DNA from: Candidatus Latescibacterota bacterium | Lineage (GTDB): Bacteria; Latescibacterota; UBA2968 | Assembly (NCBI GenBank): GCA_965204375.1 | Contig: OZ241986.1 | Span: 4,928,001-4,992,000, forward strand | Direction: 5' to 3' | Length of the DNA: 64,000 bases | Shown: piece after piece, positions 1 to 9,293 of the stretch | Position numbering within the stretch: position 1 is the stretch's first letter | Layout of the letters: each line of letters begins with the position of its first letter | Translations under genes and position numbers: made by a program | Notes under the pieces: generated by a model | Databases searched by the model: none | Seen by the model: only the letters and a program-made list of their open reading frames with translations | Told to the model about the DNA's origin: nothing

Positions 1-2
1 AG

Positions 3-2987
3 GCAAAGAAACTCGTCGTCAAACTCTTCCTCAAACACCCGCTACACGCAAAGCTCTACCTTTTGTTTCGACCAGACCCGATTAACCCCATAGTTGGCTA
101 CCTCGGAAGCAGCAACCTCACGCTATCGGGCCTTTCCTATCAAGGCGAACTCAACGTCGATGTATTGGATCACGATGCCTGTCAAAAGCTGGCGAAGTGG
201 TTCGAAGATAGGTGGAATGACCGCTGGTGCGTCGATATCTCGAAAGAACTCAGCGAGATTATTGAGGAAAGTTGGGCGCGCGAAGAACTGATCCCGCCCC
301 ACCAGATCTATATCAAAATGGCGTACCATTTGTCGCAGGAAGCGCGGGCTGGCCTGACGGAATTTCGCATACCAAAAGACTTCGACAACAAATTGCTCGA
401 CTTTCAGACGGCTGCTGTGAAGATCGCTGCACACCACCTCAACCGACGGGGCGGTGTCATCATCGGCGATGTGGTCGGGCTGGGCAAGACGCTCATGGCA
501 ACCGCCCTGGCGCGTGTATTTGAGGACGACCACGGCCTGGAAACGCTGATCTTATGCCCGAAGAATCTCGTTCCGATGTGGGAGGATTACCGCGATCAGT
601 ACCGGATGCGCGCCCGCGTATTGTCAATCACCCGCGTGATCAACACATTGCCCGATATGCGCCGTTTTCGCCTGATTGTGATTGACGAGAGCCACAATCT
701 GAGAAATCGCGAAGGCAAGCGATACCGCGCCATCCAGGAATACATCCAGGAAAATGACAGCAAGTGCATCCTGCTGTCCGCGACACCCTACAACAAGACG
801 TATCTGGACCTGTCCAGCCAACTTCGCCTGTTTGTACCCGAGGATGAAGACCTGGGGATTCGCCCGGAACGCCTCTTGAGGAAGATGGGTGAGACAGAAT
901 TCATTCGCCAACACCAGGCAGGGTTGCGGACACTGGCCGCGTTCGAGCGGTCTGAGCACGCGGCAGACTGGCAGGAACTCATGCGTCTGTATCTCGTGCG
1001 CCGAACCCGCAGCTTTATCCGGGAAAACTATGCCGCCACCGACGAGACTACGAAAAATAAATATCTGACGTTCGAAGATGGTAGCCGGTCTTATTTCCCC
1101 GCCCGGGTTCCCAAAACGATCCAATTCGACATTGGCGACCAGTACGCCCGCCTGTTTACAGGCAAAGTGGTTGGCGACATAAACGGCCTGGAACTTCCGC
1201 GGTATGGACTCGGCAACTACGTCACACCCGCGCCACACACCCCACCGACATCCACCGAGGCAAAAATCCTCGACGACTTATCGCGCGCGGGCAGGCGACT
1301 CATGGGCTTCTGCCGAACCAACCTGTTCAAACGGCTCGAGAGTAGCGGTCACGCCTTCCTGCTGTCGGTTGAACGGCATATTTTGCGGAATTTCATTTTT
1401 CTACACGCTATTGAAAATGACCTCCCGATCCCTATCGGAACAACGGACGCGGGGTTACTCGACTCGCATTCCTATGATGAAGATGTGGAAGGCACAACGG
1501 GAAATATCTTCGAAGAAGATGACGATGCAAACGAAAACGTCAACGAAGCAAAAGCACTGAGAACCGAAAAGGATTTCCGACAACGAGCCGCTGAAGTCTA
1601 TACCCTCTATGATTCTGCATACAGAAGGCGATTTCGCTGGCTGGCCTCGCACCATTTTATTAAAAATCTTCACAAAGACCTGAAGAACGACGCCGAAACG
1701 CTACGCAACCTCCTCGTCCAATTCGGGACATGGCAAGCGGATGAAGATACAAAACTCCGTGCCTTGGAAGATCTGCTCATGACCACACACCCGGACCGCA
1801 AGATTCTGGTCTTTACGCAATTCGCCGACACAGTGCGCTATCTGGGGCACGAGCTGAAAGCACGCGGCATATCGCAGATGGCAGCCGTAACCGGAGACAC
1901 AGACAACCCGACAAGACTGGCATGGCGTTTCAGTCCAAAGAGCAACGAGAAAGAGGATCGCATTACGAGCAACAATGAACTTCGGATCATGATCTCCACG
2001 GATGTCCTGAGCGAAGGACAAAATCTTCAGGACTGCGCCATTGTCGTAAATTACGATCTCCCGTGGGCGATCATCCGCCTGATTCAACGCGCCGGGCGTG
2101 TGGATCGCATCGGACAGCAAGCGGAAAACATTCTGTGCTATTCCTTTCTCCCCGCGGATGGAGTTGAACGTCTCATCAGGCTTCGGACGCGCGTTAGAAC
2201 ACGCCTCGATCAAAATGCCGAGGTCGTCGGAACTGACGAAGCCTTTTTTGAGGACGAAGACGAGCGTGCTGTTCGCAATCTGTACCACGAGCAGGCGGGC
2301 ATCCTCGACGGAGAAGAAGAAACCGACGTCGATCTCTCCTCTTATGCGTATCAGATCTGGAAAAACGCGACAACGGCCGATCCGTCGCTCAAAAAGAAAA
2401 TCGAAGATATGCCATCCGTCGTCCATTCTTCACGGGCCTACGCACAAACGCCGCAACATCCCGAAGGTGCTCTGGTCTATATGCGCACAGCACAGGGACA
2501 CGATGCCTTAGCGTGGATGGACCGCGAAGGCAATAGCGTAACCGAGAGCCAATTCGACATCCTGCGCACCGCGGCCTGCTCACCCGACGAACCGGCCCTA
2601 CCGCGCCACGACACCCACCACGAATTGGTGTACAAAGCTGCAGAACACATCGCCCGCGAAGAAGCACAGGTCGGCGGTCAACTCGGTCGCCCATCGGGTG
2701 CCCGGTTCAAAACTTACGAACGGCTCAAAAATTATGCAGAAAACGTCAAAGACACGCTATTCGACACAGAGCCTCTACGTCGAACAATAGATGATATCTA
2801 CCGCTATCCCCTGCGTCAGGCCGCGATAGATACGCTAAACCGTCAGTTGCGTAGCGGCGTCTCTGATGAGACCCTCGCACAACTGGTCATCGCGCTCAGG
2901 GATGAGGATAGACTTTGCATCGTACACCAGGAAGACGAACACCAGGACCCCCAGATCATCTGCTCAATGGGCTTGATTGGACAATAA
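3..2987 (+). CDS. PLD (HKD) nuclease domain fused to SNF2-like SF2 helicase, restriction-system associated; 5' truncated by window edge
   Basis: Frame open from position 3 (…HPLHAKLYL…GSSNLT, PLD motif); DVVGLGKT Walker A, DESH, SATP, SEGQNLQ, QRAGRVDRIGQ helicase motifs. Confidence 0.9.
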   Translation, partial: AKKLVVKLFLKHPLHAKLYLLFRPDPINPIVGYLGSSNLTLSGLSYQGELNVDVLDHDACQKLAKWFEDRWNDRWCVDISKELSEIIEESWAREELIPPHQIYIKMAYHLSQEARAGLTEFRIPKDFDNKLLDFQTAAVKIAAHHLNRRGGVIIGDVVGLGKTLMATALARVFEDDHGLETLILCPKNLVPMWEDYRDQYRMRARVLSITRVINTLPDMRRFRLIVIDESHNLRNREGKRYRAIQEYIQENDSKCILLSATPYNKTYLDLSSQLRLFVPEDEDLGIRPERLLRKMGETEFIRQHQAGLRTLAAFERSEHAADWQELMRLYLVRRTRSFIRENYAATDETTKNKYLTFEDGSRSYFPARVPKTIQFDIGDQYARLFTGKVVGDINGLELPRYGLGNYVTPAPHTPPTSTEAKILDDLSRAGRRLMGFCRTNLFKRLESSGHAFLLSVERHILRNFIFLHAIENDLPIPIGTTDAGLLDSHSYDEDVEGTTGNIFEEDDDANENVNEAKALRTEKDFRQRAAEVYTLYDSAYRRRFRWLASHHFIKNLHKDLKNDAETLRNLLVQFGTWQADEDTKLRALEDLLMTTHPDRKILVFTQFADTVRYLGHELKARGISQMAAVTGDTDNPTRLAWRFSPKSNEKEDRITSNNELRIMISTDVLSEGQNLQDCAIVVNYDLPWAIIRLIQRAGRVDRIGQQAENILCYSFLPADGVERLIRLRTRVRTRLDQNAEVVGTDEAFFEDEDERAVRNLYHEQAGILDGEEETDVDLSSYAYQIWKNATTADPSLKKKIEDMPSVVHSSRAYAQTPQHPEGALVYMRTAQGHDALAWMDREGNSVTESQFDILRTAACSPDEPALPRHDTHHELVYKAAEHIAREEAQVGGQLGRPSGARFKTYERLKNYAENVKDTLFDTEPLRRTIDDIYRYPLRQAAIDTLNRQLRSGVSDETLAQLVIALRDEDRLCIVHQEDEHQDPQIICSMGLIGQ

Positions 2988-2996
2988 GGATACGAA

Positions 2997-5900
2997 ATGC
3001 CGATAAATCTCGACAGAAAAAGAGTCAACCAACACCTGCAGAACCTCGATCTCCAGACACTCTTCATTGAAGAACTCGGCTGGGACCACGGCGGAACGAA
3101 TATCGAAGCCACGGTTGCAGACAATACTTACGTCCTCGAAGCCATTGCCCACAAGCGCGGCATGGTCGCCTATCAGTACACACCGGCCTCGGCTGATGTC
3201 TTCCCCGACCATCCTATCCGCCAGAAGATAGAAAGAGCCGTCACCAAAACCGTCCGCGAACACATCATCATCTATGCCTCCCACGACGACAACGCGCTGT
3301 ACTGGCAATGGGTGAAACGCGAGCCGGGACAAACGGACCGGTCCCGCCAGCATATCTATCACCAGGATCAATCGGGCGAAGCCCTAATACAAAAACTGGA
3401 ACAAATAGCCTTCGCACTGGACGAAGAAGAAGACCTTACCATTGCCGATGTTACGAGTCGGGTGCGTGCGGCCTTCGATGTCGATAAAGTCACCAAAAAA
3501 TTCTACGACCATTTCAAGAAAGAGCACACTGCTTTTCTGGACTTCATCACGGGAATCCAGAACCTCGCAGACCGAGAATGGTACGCCTCCTTGATGTTGA
3601 ACCGGATGATGTTCATTTACTTCATCCAAAAACGCGGCTTTCTCGACAGCAATCTCAATTACTTACGTGACCGTTTGGAAAGAGTACGCCAGCAACAAGG
3701 CGACGGCAACTTCCACAACTTCTACCGACTATTCCTGCTAAGGCTATTTCACGAGGGATTGGGCCAGCCCGAAGCTGCCCGCACCCCCGAATTGGCGGCC
3801 TTACTCGGCCAAGTCCCGTACCTCAACGGCGGCTTATTCGACGTACACGATCTGGAGCGAGACAATCCGGACATACAGATACCCGACGAGGCATTCCAGA
3901 AAATTTTCGATTTCTTCGACGCCTACCAGTGGCACCTCGACGACCGCCCACTTCGCAACGACAACGAAATCAACCCCGATGTGCTTGGCTATATCTTCGA
4001 AAAGTACATCAACCAGAAACAAATGGGAGCCTATTACACAAAAGAGGACATCACCGGGTACATCAGCCGCAACACCATTATCCCATTCTTATTCGACCAG
4101 GCAAAAAAGGAATGCGCCATTGCGTTCAAACCCGATGGCGCAATATGGCGATTGTTAAAGGACGACCCAGACCGGTACTTTTACGAAGCTGTGCGCCACG
4201 GCATCACTTATGACATTCACCAAAAAGAAAACCTTGTAGAAAAACGCGAATTACCGCCTGAAATAGCCTCCGGTCTAAACGACATATCAAAACGCGGCGA
4301 ATGGAACAAACCCGCACCATCCGACTACGCCCTGCCAACCGAGACCTGGCGCGAACACATTGCCCGACGCCAACGCTACAATGAAATCCACGCCAAACTC
4401 GCCGCTGGCGAAGTCACAACCATCAACGACCTCATCACCTACAACTTGGACATCGAAAAATTTGCCCTGAACGCAATCGAAGGCAGCGAAGGCCCAGAAC
4501 TCATTCGCGCGTTCTATAAGGCAATCGCCAAAGTCTCCATACTCGATCCAACCTGTGGTTCAGGCGCATTCCTGTTCGCCGCACTCAACATCCTGGAACC
4601 AATATACACGGCCTGTCTGGAAGCCATGGGAGGATTCCTCGACGATCTGAAACGTTCAACACGCCAGCACAGTCCAAATAAACTGAGCGACTTTCGAGAT
4701 GTGCTGGATCAGGTCTCTAAACACGCCAGCGAACGCTACTTCATCCTCAAATCCATCATCATCGACAACCTCTACGGCGTTGACATCATGGACGAAGCCG
4801 TAGAAATCTGCAAACTGCGCCTATTCCTGAAACTCGTCGCACAACTGGAAAGCTACGACCAGATTGAGCCGCTGCCCGACATCGACTTCAACATCCGCGC
4901 TGGCAACACCCTCGTCGGCTTCACCTCGCTTGAAGAAGTGCAAGAGGTACTGAGCACAGACTTAATAAAACAATTATCCCTTCCCCAAATAGAAGAACGC
5001 GCAGAAATCGCCGACCGCGCCTTCCGCAAATTCCGGGAAATGCAAACCTCCCACGGCATGGAAGCCAACAAATACGCCAACGCGAAGTTGGTACTAAAGG
5101 AACGACTCGACGACTTGCGCGAGGAATTAGACGAATACCTGGCCAAGGATTACGGCATCAAGGTAGATAACGAAAAAGCGTACACCCAATGGCGCGACAG
5201 TCACCAACCTTTCCACTGGTTCGTCGAATTTTATGGGATTATGAACAAGGGCGGATTCGATGTGATCATCGGAAATCCGCCGTATGTCAACTGTAAATCG
5301 CTTGGATATGCTGTACAGTCTCCCGAATCTCTGAAATTTCCAGATATTTATGGTTACGTAGTCTTACGATCACATCACATCATAAATCAAAGCGGACGAT
5401 GTGGGTTCATTGTTCCTCTTTCAATGACTTTTAGCTTTGAATTCTCTGATCTACGGGAGCAATTAGCCAGCGGCGGGACCCATTGGTTTTCTTCATTCGA
5501 TAACATTCCGGCAGCACTCTTTTCCGGAGTGAGCCAGCGATGCACAATCTGGATCAGTTCCTCAACGGATAGTGATTCGTTTGCTACTCGTCTTTTCAGA
5601 TGGCGCTCTGCTTATCGAGCTTTTCTGTTGGATAATGTAACCTACAACAAGGCGTCTAATGGCATCTCCACCAAAATTTTCGGCATTCCCCGCCTGTCAA
5701 ATCGTTTCGGTGCAAAACTGCTATCACTGCACATTAAATCATCTTCTTCAAAGTTAATCTCGTCCCACGGGACGAATGGTGAATCAGTCAAATTAGGATT
5801 CTCAACAACAGCACGAAATTTCATCTCCACATATATTGAGCCTCCGCCGGTCTTGCATGCCGATAATAGAAGTGCCCTTGCCCCCTCGACATGCGGCTGG

Positions 5901-6443
5901 GTGACTCTGCCTTCTAATGAAAAAGCATTTGCGGCTCTCGCAATCACATCAGGAGACGCATGTTTTTGGTATTGGCTAACACGCGGAGATGGATTCCACG
6001 TTACAAACTGGTTACTCAAGGACCTCCTCGCTCCCATTACTTACTTTCCAGCGGATCATTTACACAGGCTGGCCACAATCGGAGAATTACTGCACCAGCA
6101 CAGATATTCTGCACTTGTTTTTAAGAAAAACGCGGGCAAATATGTTGGAAATTTCAACTATCAAAAACTACTTTCGCTAACGAGAAGAGCCGACTTCGTG
6201 TTTCTATCGGGACTGGGTGCCGGTTGGGCTGATTTGAGGGAATTATTCTCCTTTATTTCCATGGTGCGCGGTATCAATCAGGACGCAGGTGAGAAGAATA
6301 TACCCACGTCTATAAAAGAACTTTTCGTGCCACCAGATCCCATTGACTCCTACACCGACTGCCGTCTGCACGAAATTGACGAGTGGATATCAACGACGTA
6401 CTCCATTGAACCTGGACTGGTTGATGGGATTTCATCAGCATGA
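2997..6443 (+). CDS. Eco57I/type IIG-like N6-adenine DNA methyltransferase with C-terminal target recognition region
   Basis: GAYYT, LDPTCGSGAFL (motif I), FDVIIGNPPY (motif IV), YLNGGLF; 9 bp after helicase stop. Confidence 0.9.
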   Translation: MPINLDRKRVNQHLQNLDLQTLFIEELGWDHGGTNIEATVADNTYVLEAIAHKRGMVAYQYTPASADVFPDHPIRQKIERAVTKTVREHIIIYASHDDNALYWQWVKREPGQTDRSRQHIYHQDQSGEALIQKLEQIAFALDEEEDLTIADVTSRVRAAFDVDKVTKKFYDHFKKEHTAFLDFITGIQNLADREWYASLMLNRMMFIYFIQKRGFLDSNLNYLRDRLERVRQQQGDGNFHNFYRLFLLRLFHEGLGQPEAARTPELAALLGQVPYLNGGLFDVHDLERDNPDIQIPDEAFQKIFDFFDAYQWHLDDRPLRNDNEINPDVLGYIFEKYINQKQMGAYYTKEDITGYISRNTIIPFLFDQAKKECAIAFKPDGAIWRLLKDDPDRYFYEAVRHGITYDIHQKENLVEKRELPPEIASGLNDISKRGEWNKPAPSDYALPTETWREHIARRQRYNEIHAKLAAGEVTTINDLITYNLDIEKFALNAIEGSEGPELIRAFYKAIAKVSILDPTCGSGAFLFAALNILEPIYTACLEAMGGFLDDLKRSTRQHSPNKLSDFRDVLDQVSKHASERYFILKSIIIDNLYGVDIMDEAVEICKLRLFLKLVAQLESYDQIEPLPDIDFNIRAGNTLVGFTSLEEVQEVLSTDLIKQLSLPQIEERAEIADRAFRKFREMQTSHGMEANKYANAKLVLKERLDDLREELDEYLAKDYGIKVDNEKAYTQWRDSHQPFHWFVEFYGIMNKGGFDVIIGNPPYVNCKSLGYAVQSPESLKFPDIYGYVVLRSHHIINQSGRCGFIVPLSMTFSFEFSDLREQLASGGTHWFSSFDNIPAALFSGVSQRCTIWISSSTDSDSFATRLFRWRSAYRAFLLDNVTYNKASNGISTKIFGIPRLSNRFGAKLLSLHIKSSSSKLISSHGTNGESVKLGFSTTARNFISTYIEPPPVLHADNRSALAPSTCGWVTLPSNEKAFAALAITSGDACFWYWLTRGDGFHVTNWLLKDLLAPITYFPADHLHRLATIGELLHQHRYSALVFKKNAGKYVGNFNYQKLLSLTRRADFVFLSGLGAGWADLRELFSFISMVRGINQDAGEKNIPTSIKELFVPPDPIDSYTDCRLHEIDEWISTTYSIEPGLVDGISSA

Positions 6444-6462
6444 CAATTGAGGATGATTTGAA

Positions 6463-7464
6463 ATGGCTAGACTAAACAAAACAGACTTATTCCATGTGCT
6501 GTTCGACGCTTTTCTCCAGAACACAGACGCTGTCTATTTTTTAGGTGGAGAGAACCCTTACCGATTCTCCTTCAAGGACAAATTTGTTAATGCATTCATT
6601 GTAAACGTTCACTTTGCTGGTGCTGGACGCAGTACTTCTGATGAATACCGGATCCAATGTCCAGGACATTTGCCAGCGACACTACGCAATCTAAGAAGAC
6701 AGGGAGACGGGGTATTCGTCTTGGGTTTTTCCGCAGACTTACAGGCCTTCAGTGCTTGGGACCCAGATAGATTTTTGGATCGGAATCCGGAAGTCCAGCG
6801 GTTTTCTGTCTATACTCGATTATCGGGCATGGAGGATGCTGCTGTAGAAGGATTCTCAACTTATACTGATACCAATGGGCAAAATGTGATCATGTTTCGT
6901 CCCGATCTTCTCGGTTTGTATATGGAGAACTCGACAGCACTCCACCAAGCTGCTCCTCGGACATTGCGAAGGATAGCCGAAGTCTATAGTAACATCCAGT
7001 CGGAACAACAACCCCCTGTGCGATCAATCATGGTTGAACGACAGAGAATCCAGGTAACTCGCACTCAGTATTCTCGAAGCCCACGGTTCAGGCAAGAGGT
7101 CTTGAGAGCTTACTCCCACAGGTGTGCAATGTGCGGGATTCAATTAGACCTTATAGATGCAGCTCACATTGTTCCACATGCCCATCCAGAAGGAACTGAT
7201 ACGGTCAACAATGCCCTGGCCCTTTGCGCTCTGCATCATCGTTCGTTCGACACGGGACTACTCTATGTGCGGAGGGATTATTCAATCCATCTGAACTCAA
7301 CCAAAGTCAGGCACTTGAGAAAAGTAGGCAGGACCAATGGACTGCGATGGTACACACGGCAACTTAGACCTGAACTGCTCCTACCCGCCTATGATGATTG
7401 GCTTCCTGCACCGGATAACCTCACTCTTGGAAATGATCTTCGAGGGGTTGGATTAGAGGGATGA
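6463..7464 (+). CDS. HNH endonuclease with uncharacterised N-terminal domain (possible modification-dependent restriction enzyme)
   Basis: FRQEVLRAYSHRCAMCG…DAAHIVP…NALALCALHHRSFDTG is an HNH_2 signature; RBS GAGGA. Confidence 0.85.
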   Translation: MARLNKTDLFHVLFDAFLQNTDAVYFLGGENPYRFSFKDKFVNAFIVNVHFAGAGRSTSDEYRIQCPGHLPATLRNLRRQGDGVFVLGFSADLQAFSAWDPDRFLDRNPEVQRFSVYTRLSGMEDAAVEGFSTYTDTNGQNVIMFRPDLLGLYMENSTALHQAAPRTLRRIAEVYSNIQSEQQPPVRSIMVERQRIQVTRTQYSRSPRFRQEVLRAYSHRCAMCGIQLDLIDAAHIVPHAHPEGTDTVNNALALCALHHRSFDTGLLYVRRDYSIHLNSTKVRHLRKVGRTNGLRWYTRQLRPELLLPAYDDWLPAPDNLTLGNDLRGVGLEG

Positions 7465-7500
7465 GACAGTCCTATTTCTTAAAAACAAAGCAGTGAATAA

Positions 7501-7572
7501 CGCTATGGTTTCACCGACGAAAAAACTGATTTTATCGTGAAATATGACATTAAGTATCGTATGGGGCGATAA
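7501..7572 (+). pseudogene. Remnant 3' end of an Eco57I-like methyltransferase
   Basis: Translates RYGFTDEKTDFIVKYDIKYRMGR*, resembling the YGFTxEELDFIINYDIKYRMG C-terminus I recall for this family; in-frame TAA directly upstream, no start codon. Confidence 0.65.
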
Positions 7573-7635
7573 GCAAATACAAACGGGTTATAATTGACTG
7601 AACACAAGTATCACAGCTCACAATATTTTGACAGG

Positions 7636-7684
7636 GTGAAACAAAAATACCTCTTGACATATCTATTTGAAGTGGCTTAAATCG
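7636..7684 (+). repeat. 49-bp promoter-like repeat, copy 1
   Basis: 45/49 identical to 13246-13294; contains TTGACA-17-TTAAAT. Confidence 0.85.
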
Positions 7685-7713
7685 TTAGAGGCGATTGATT
7701 TTGGAGAAAAAAG

Positions 7714-7896
7714 ATGAGACTCACCCCCCCACAGAGTCAGAGACAAGCCGCATCAACGAGGAAACCCGGGACGCGAAACGCGGTGGAAACAGCCATTCGA
7801 ATGTCAAAGGGCAATAAGTCACGCAAATGGGAAATCGTTGCTCCTCGAGTAATCTCTCGATGGCCTTCTCCTAAGACCAGCGAAAGCAGGGCGTAA
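7714..7896 (+). CDS. Small basic hypothetical protein (60 aa)
   Basis: GGAG RBS, follows promoter repeat; stop lies inside the repeated GCGAAAGCAGGGCGTAATTT. Confidence 0.4.
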   Translation: MRLTPPQSQRQAASTRKPGTRNAVETAIRMSKGNKSRKWEIVAPRVISRWPSPKTSESRA

Positions 7897-7933
7897 TTTA
7901 TTTTTTTAACACAAGCACTGGAGTATTTGAATT

Positions 7934-8143
7934 ATGCAAATGCCAAGCCTTGAAAGCCGCGTGGCTTCTCTTGAAGCTGTCCAAGCGCAAATCAACGAGC
8001 GTTTGGGGAGCATTGAGAACCACTTGACGGCATTGGAAAACCAACAATCCAGCAATTTCAGGTGGCTTGTCGGAATCGTGATAAGCACACAGCTAACAAC
8101 GCAAATCACGCTTGGAACCCTGATTCTGGTCAAACTCGGATAA
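7934..8143 (+). CDS. Small coiled-coil plus C-terminal transmembrane protein (XhlA/DUF1640-like architecture)
   Basis: Heptad pattern LESRVASLEAVQAQINERLGSIENHL then NFRWLVGIVI hydrophobic tail; GGAG RBS. Confidence 0.7.
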   Translation: MQMPSLESRVASLEAVQAQINERLGSIENHLTALENQQSSNFRWLVGIVISTQLTTQITLGTLILVKLG

Positions 8144-8213
8144 ACAATGGCAGGTGTTTGCGAGTGGCGAAAGCAGGGCGTAATTTTTTTTAGTACAAGC
8201 AAGCATTGAAGTT

Positions 8214-8262
8214 CATTACAAAAATCCCGTCTGGTCATTCCAGCGCGGGATTTTTATTACAT
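8214..8262 (+). terminator. 49-bp terminator-like repeat, copy 1
   Basis: AAAAATCCCG…CGGGATTTTT hairpin; identical to 13362-13410. Confidence 0.8.
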
Positions 8263-8332
8263 TTGGAAGATGATCACTGAAGGCTGACAGAGGAAAGAGA
8301 GAAATAGGTCAGCTTGACTTTGGGAGCACTGC

Positions 8333-9293
8333 ATGAGAGTCACAGCCGTGCGCATAGAGAACTTCCGGGGCATCAAGCAACTCGAACTGAAACTTGACGA
8401 AATTACAGTACTAATAGGCGAGAACAACTCGGGCAAGACCGCTGTGCTTGACGCTTTGCGACTCTGTCTCCGGGACCTCGGTCCGAGGCGTGTGGTCTTT
8501 GATGCGCTCGATTTCCACTTATCCGATGCAGACGCGGAGCCTTCCTCCGCAGAGCCAATCCAGATCGAGATCTCATTCTCTGAGCAAAAGATAGGCGAGT
8601 GGAACGCCCAACTGACCGGTCGCCTCAATCGAGAAGGGGTCCTTCAGGTCGGAGATGACGAACGCAACCATGTGCTCTTGCGAGTGACCTGCAAATACGA
8701 TTCGACCAGCCAGGATTTCGCACAGGAGTGGTCATTTCTAAACCCGAATCGAGAGTCTCTGACCAACGTGGGACCTCAAGCACTCGCGGGAATCCAGCAA
8801 GAAGTTTCCTACTTCTATCTGACCGCGCTTCGCGATGCAGCGCGCCACTTTGATGCAAATGGTCCGTTCTGGCGGCCATTTCTGCAAAATACCCAACTTG
8901 AGGTCGGAAAGAAAACGGAAATTGAGCAGAAACTACGCGAGGTCAATGAACTTGTCGTTGATTCGCATGCCAGCTTCGGACAAGTCCGAACAGCTCTCAG
9001 CCAGGTGCAAAATGTGATTCCCTTGACATCGGGCGATGTCGTCTCAATTGAAGCCGTACCTGTACGATACGATCTATGCGCCTTTCATGCCCAATCAAAA
9101 TCTATCAAAAATTGAAAAACAGCCAAGTGATCCAGACTACTGGACCGAGTATGCTAAAAACCTCCCGAGAAGGGCTAAGACCCATGCGGCAGCAGATGTA
9201 GCAGTCGAAATGGAACAGCGTGGCGTACAGGGCGTGACAAAAGAGATTCGCGATGTATTGAATAAGGTTATCTCACTGGCAGGAGGTACATGA
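8333..9293 (+). pseudogene. gajA: OLD-family ATP-dependent nuclease (GajA-like), internally deleted and frameshifted
   Basis: IENFRGI and GENNSGKT N-terminus; no Walker B or TOPRIM region; C-terminal piece in another frame (to 9293) overlaps the helicase start as ATGA; junction near 9060. Confidence 0.75.

Noticed and set aside
7880-8200. Integron attC sites
   Set aside because: No RYYYAAC…GTTRRRY inverted structure and no integrase in the window
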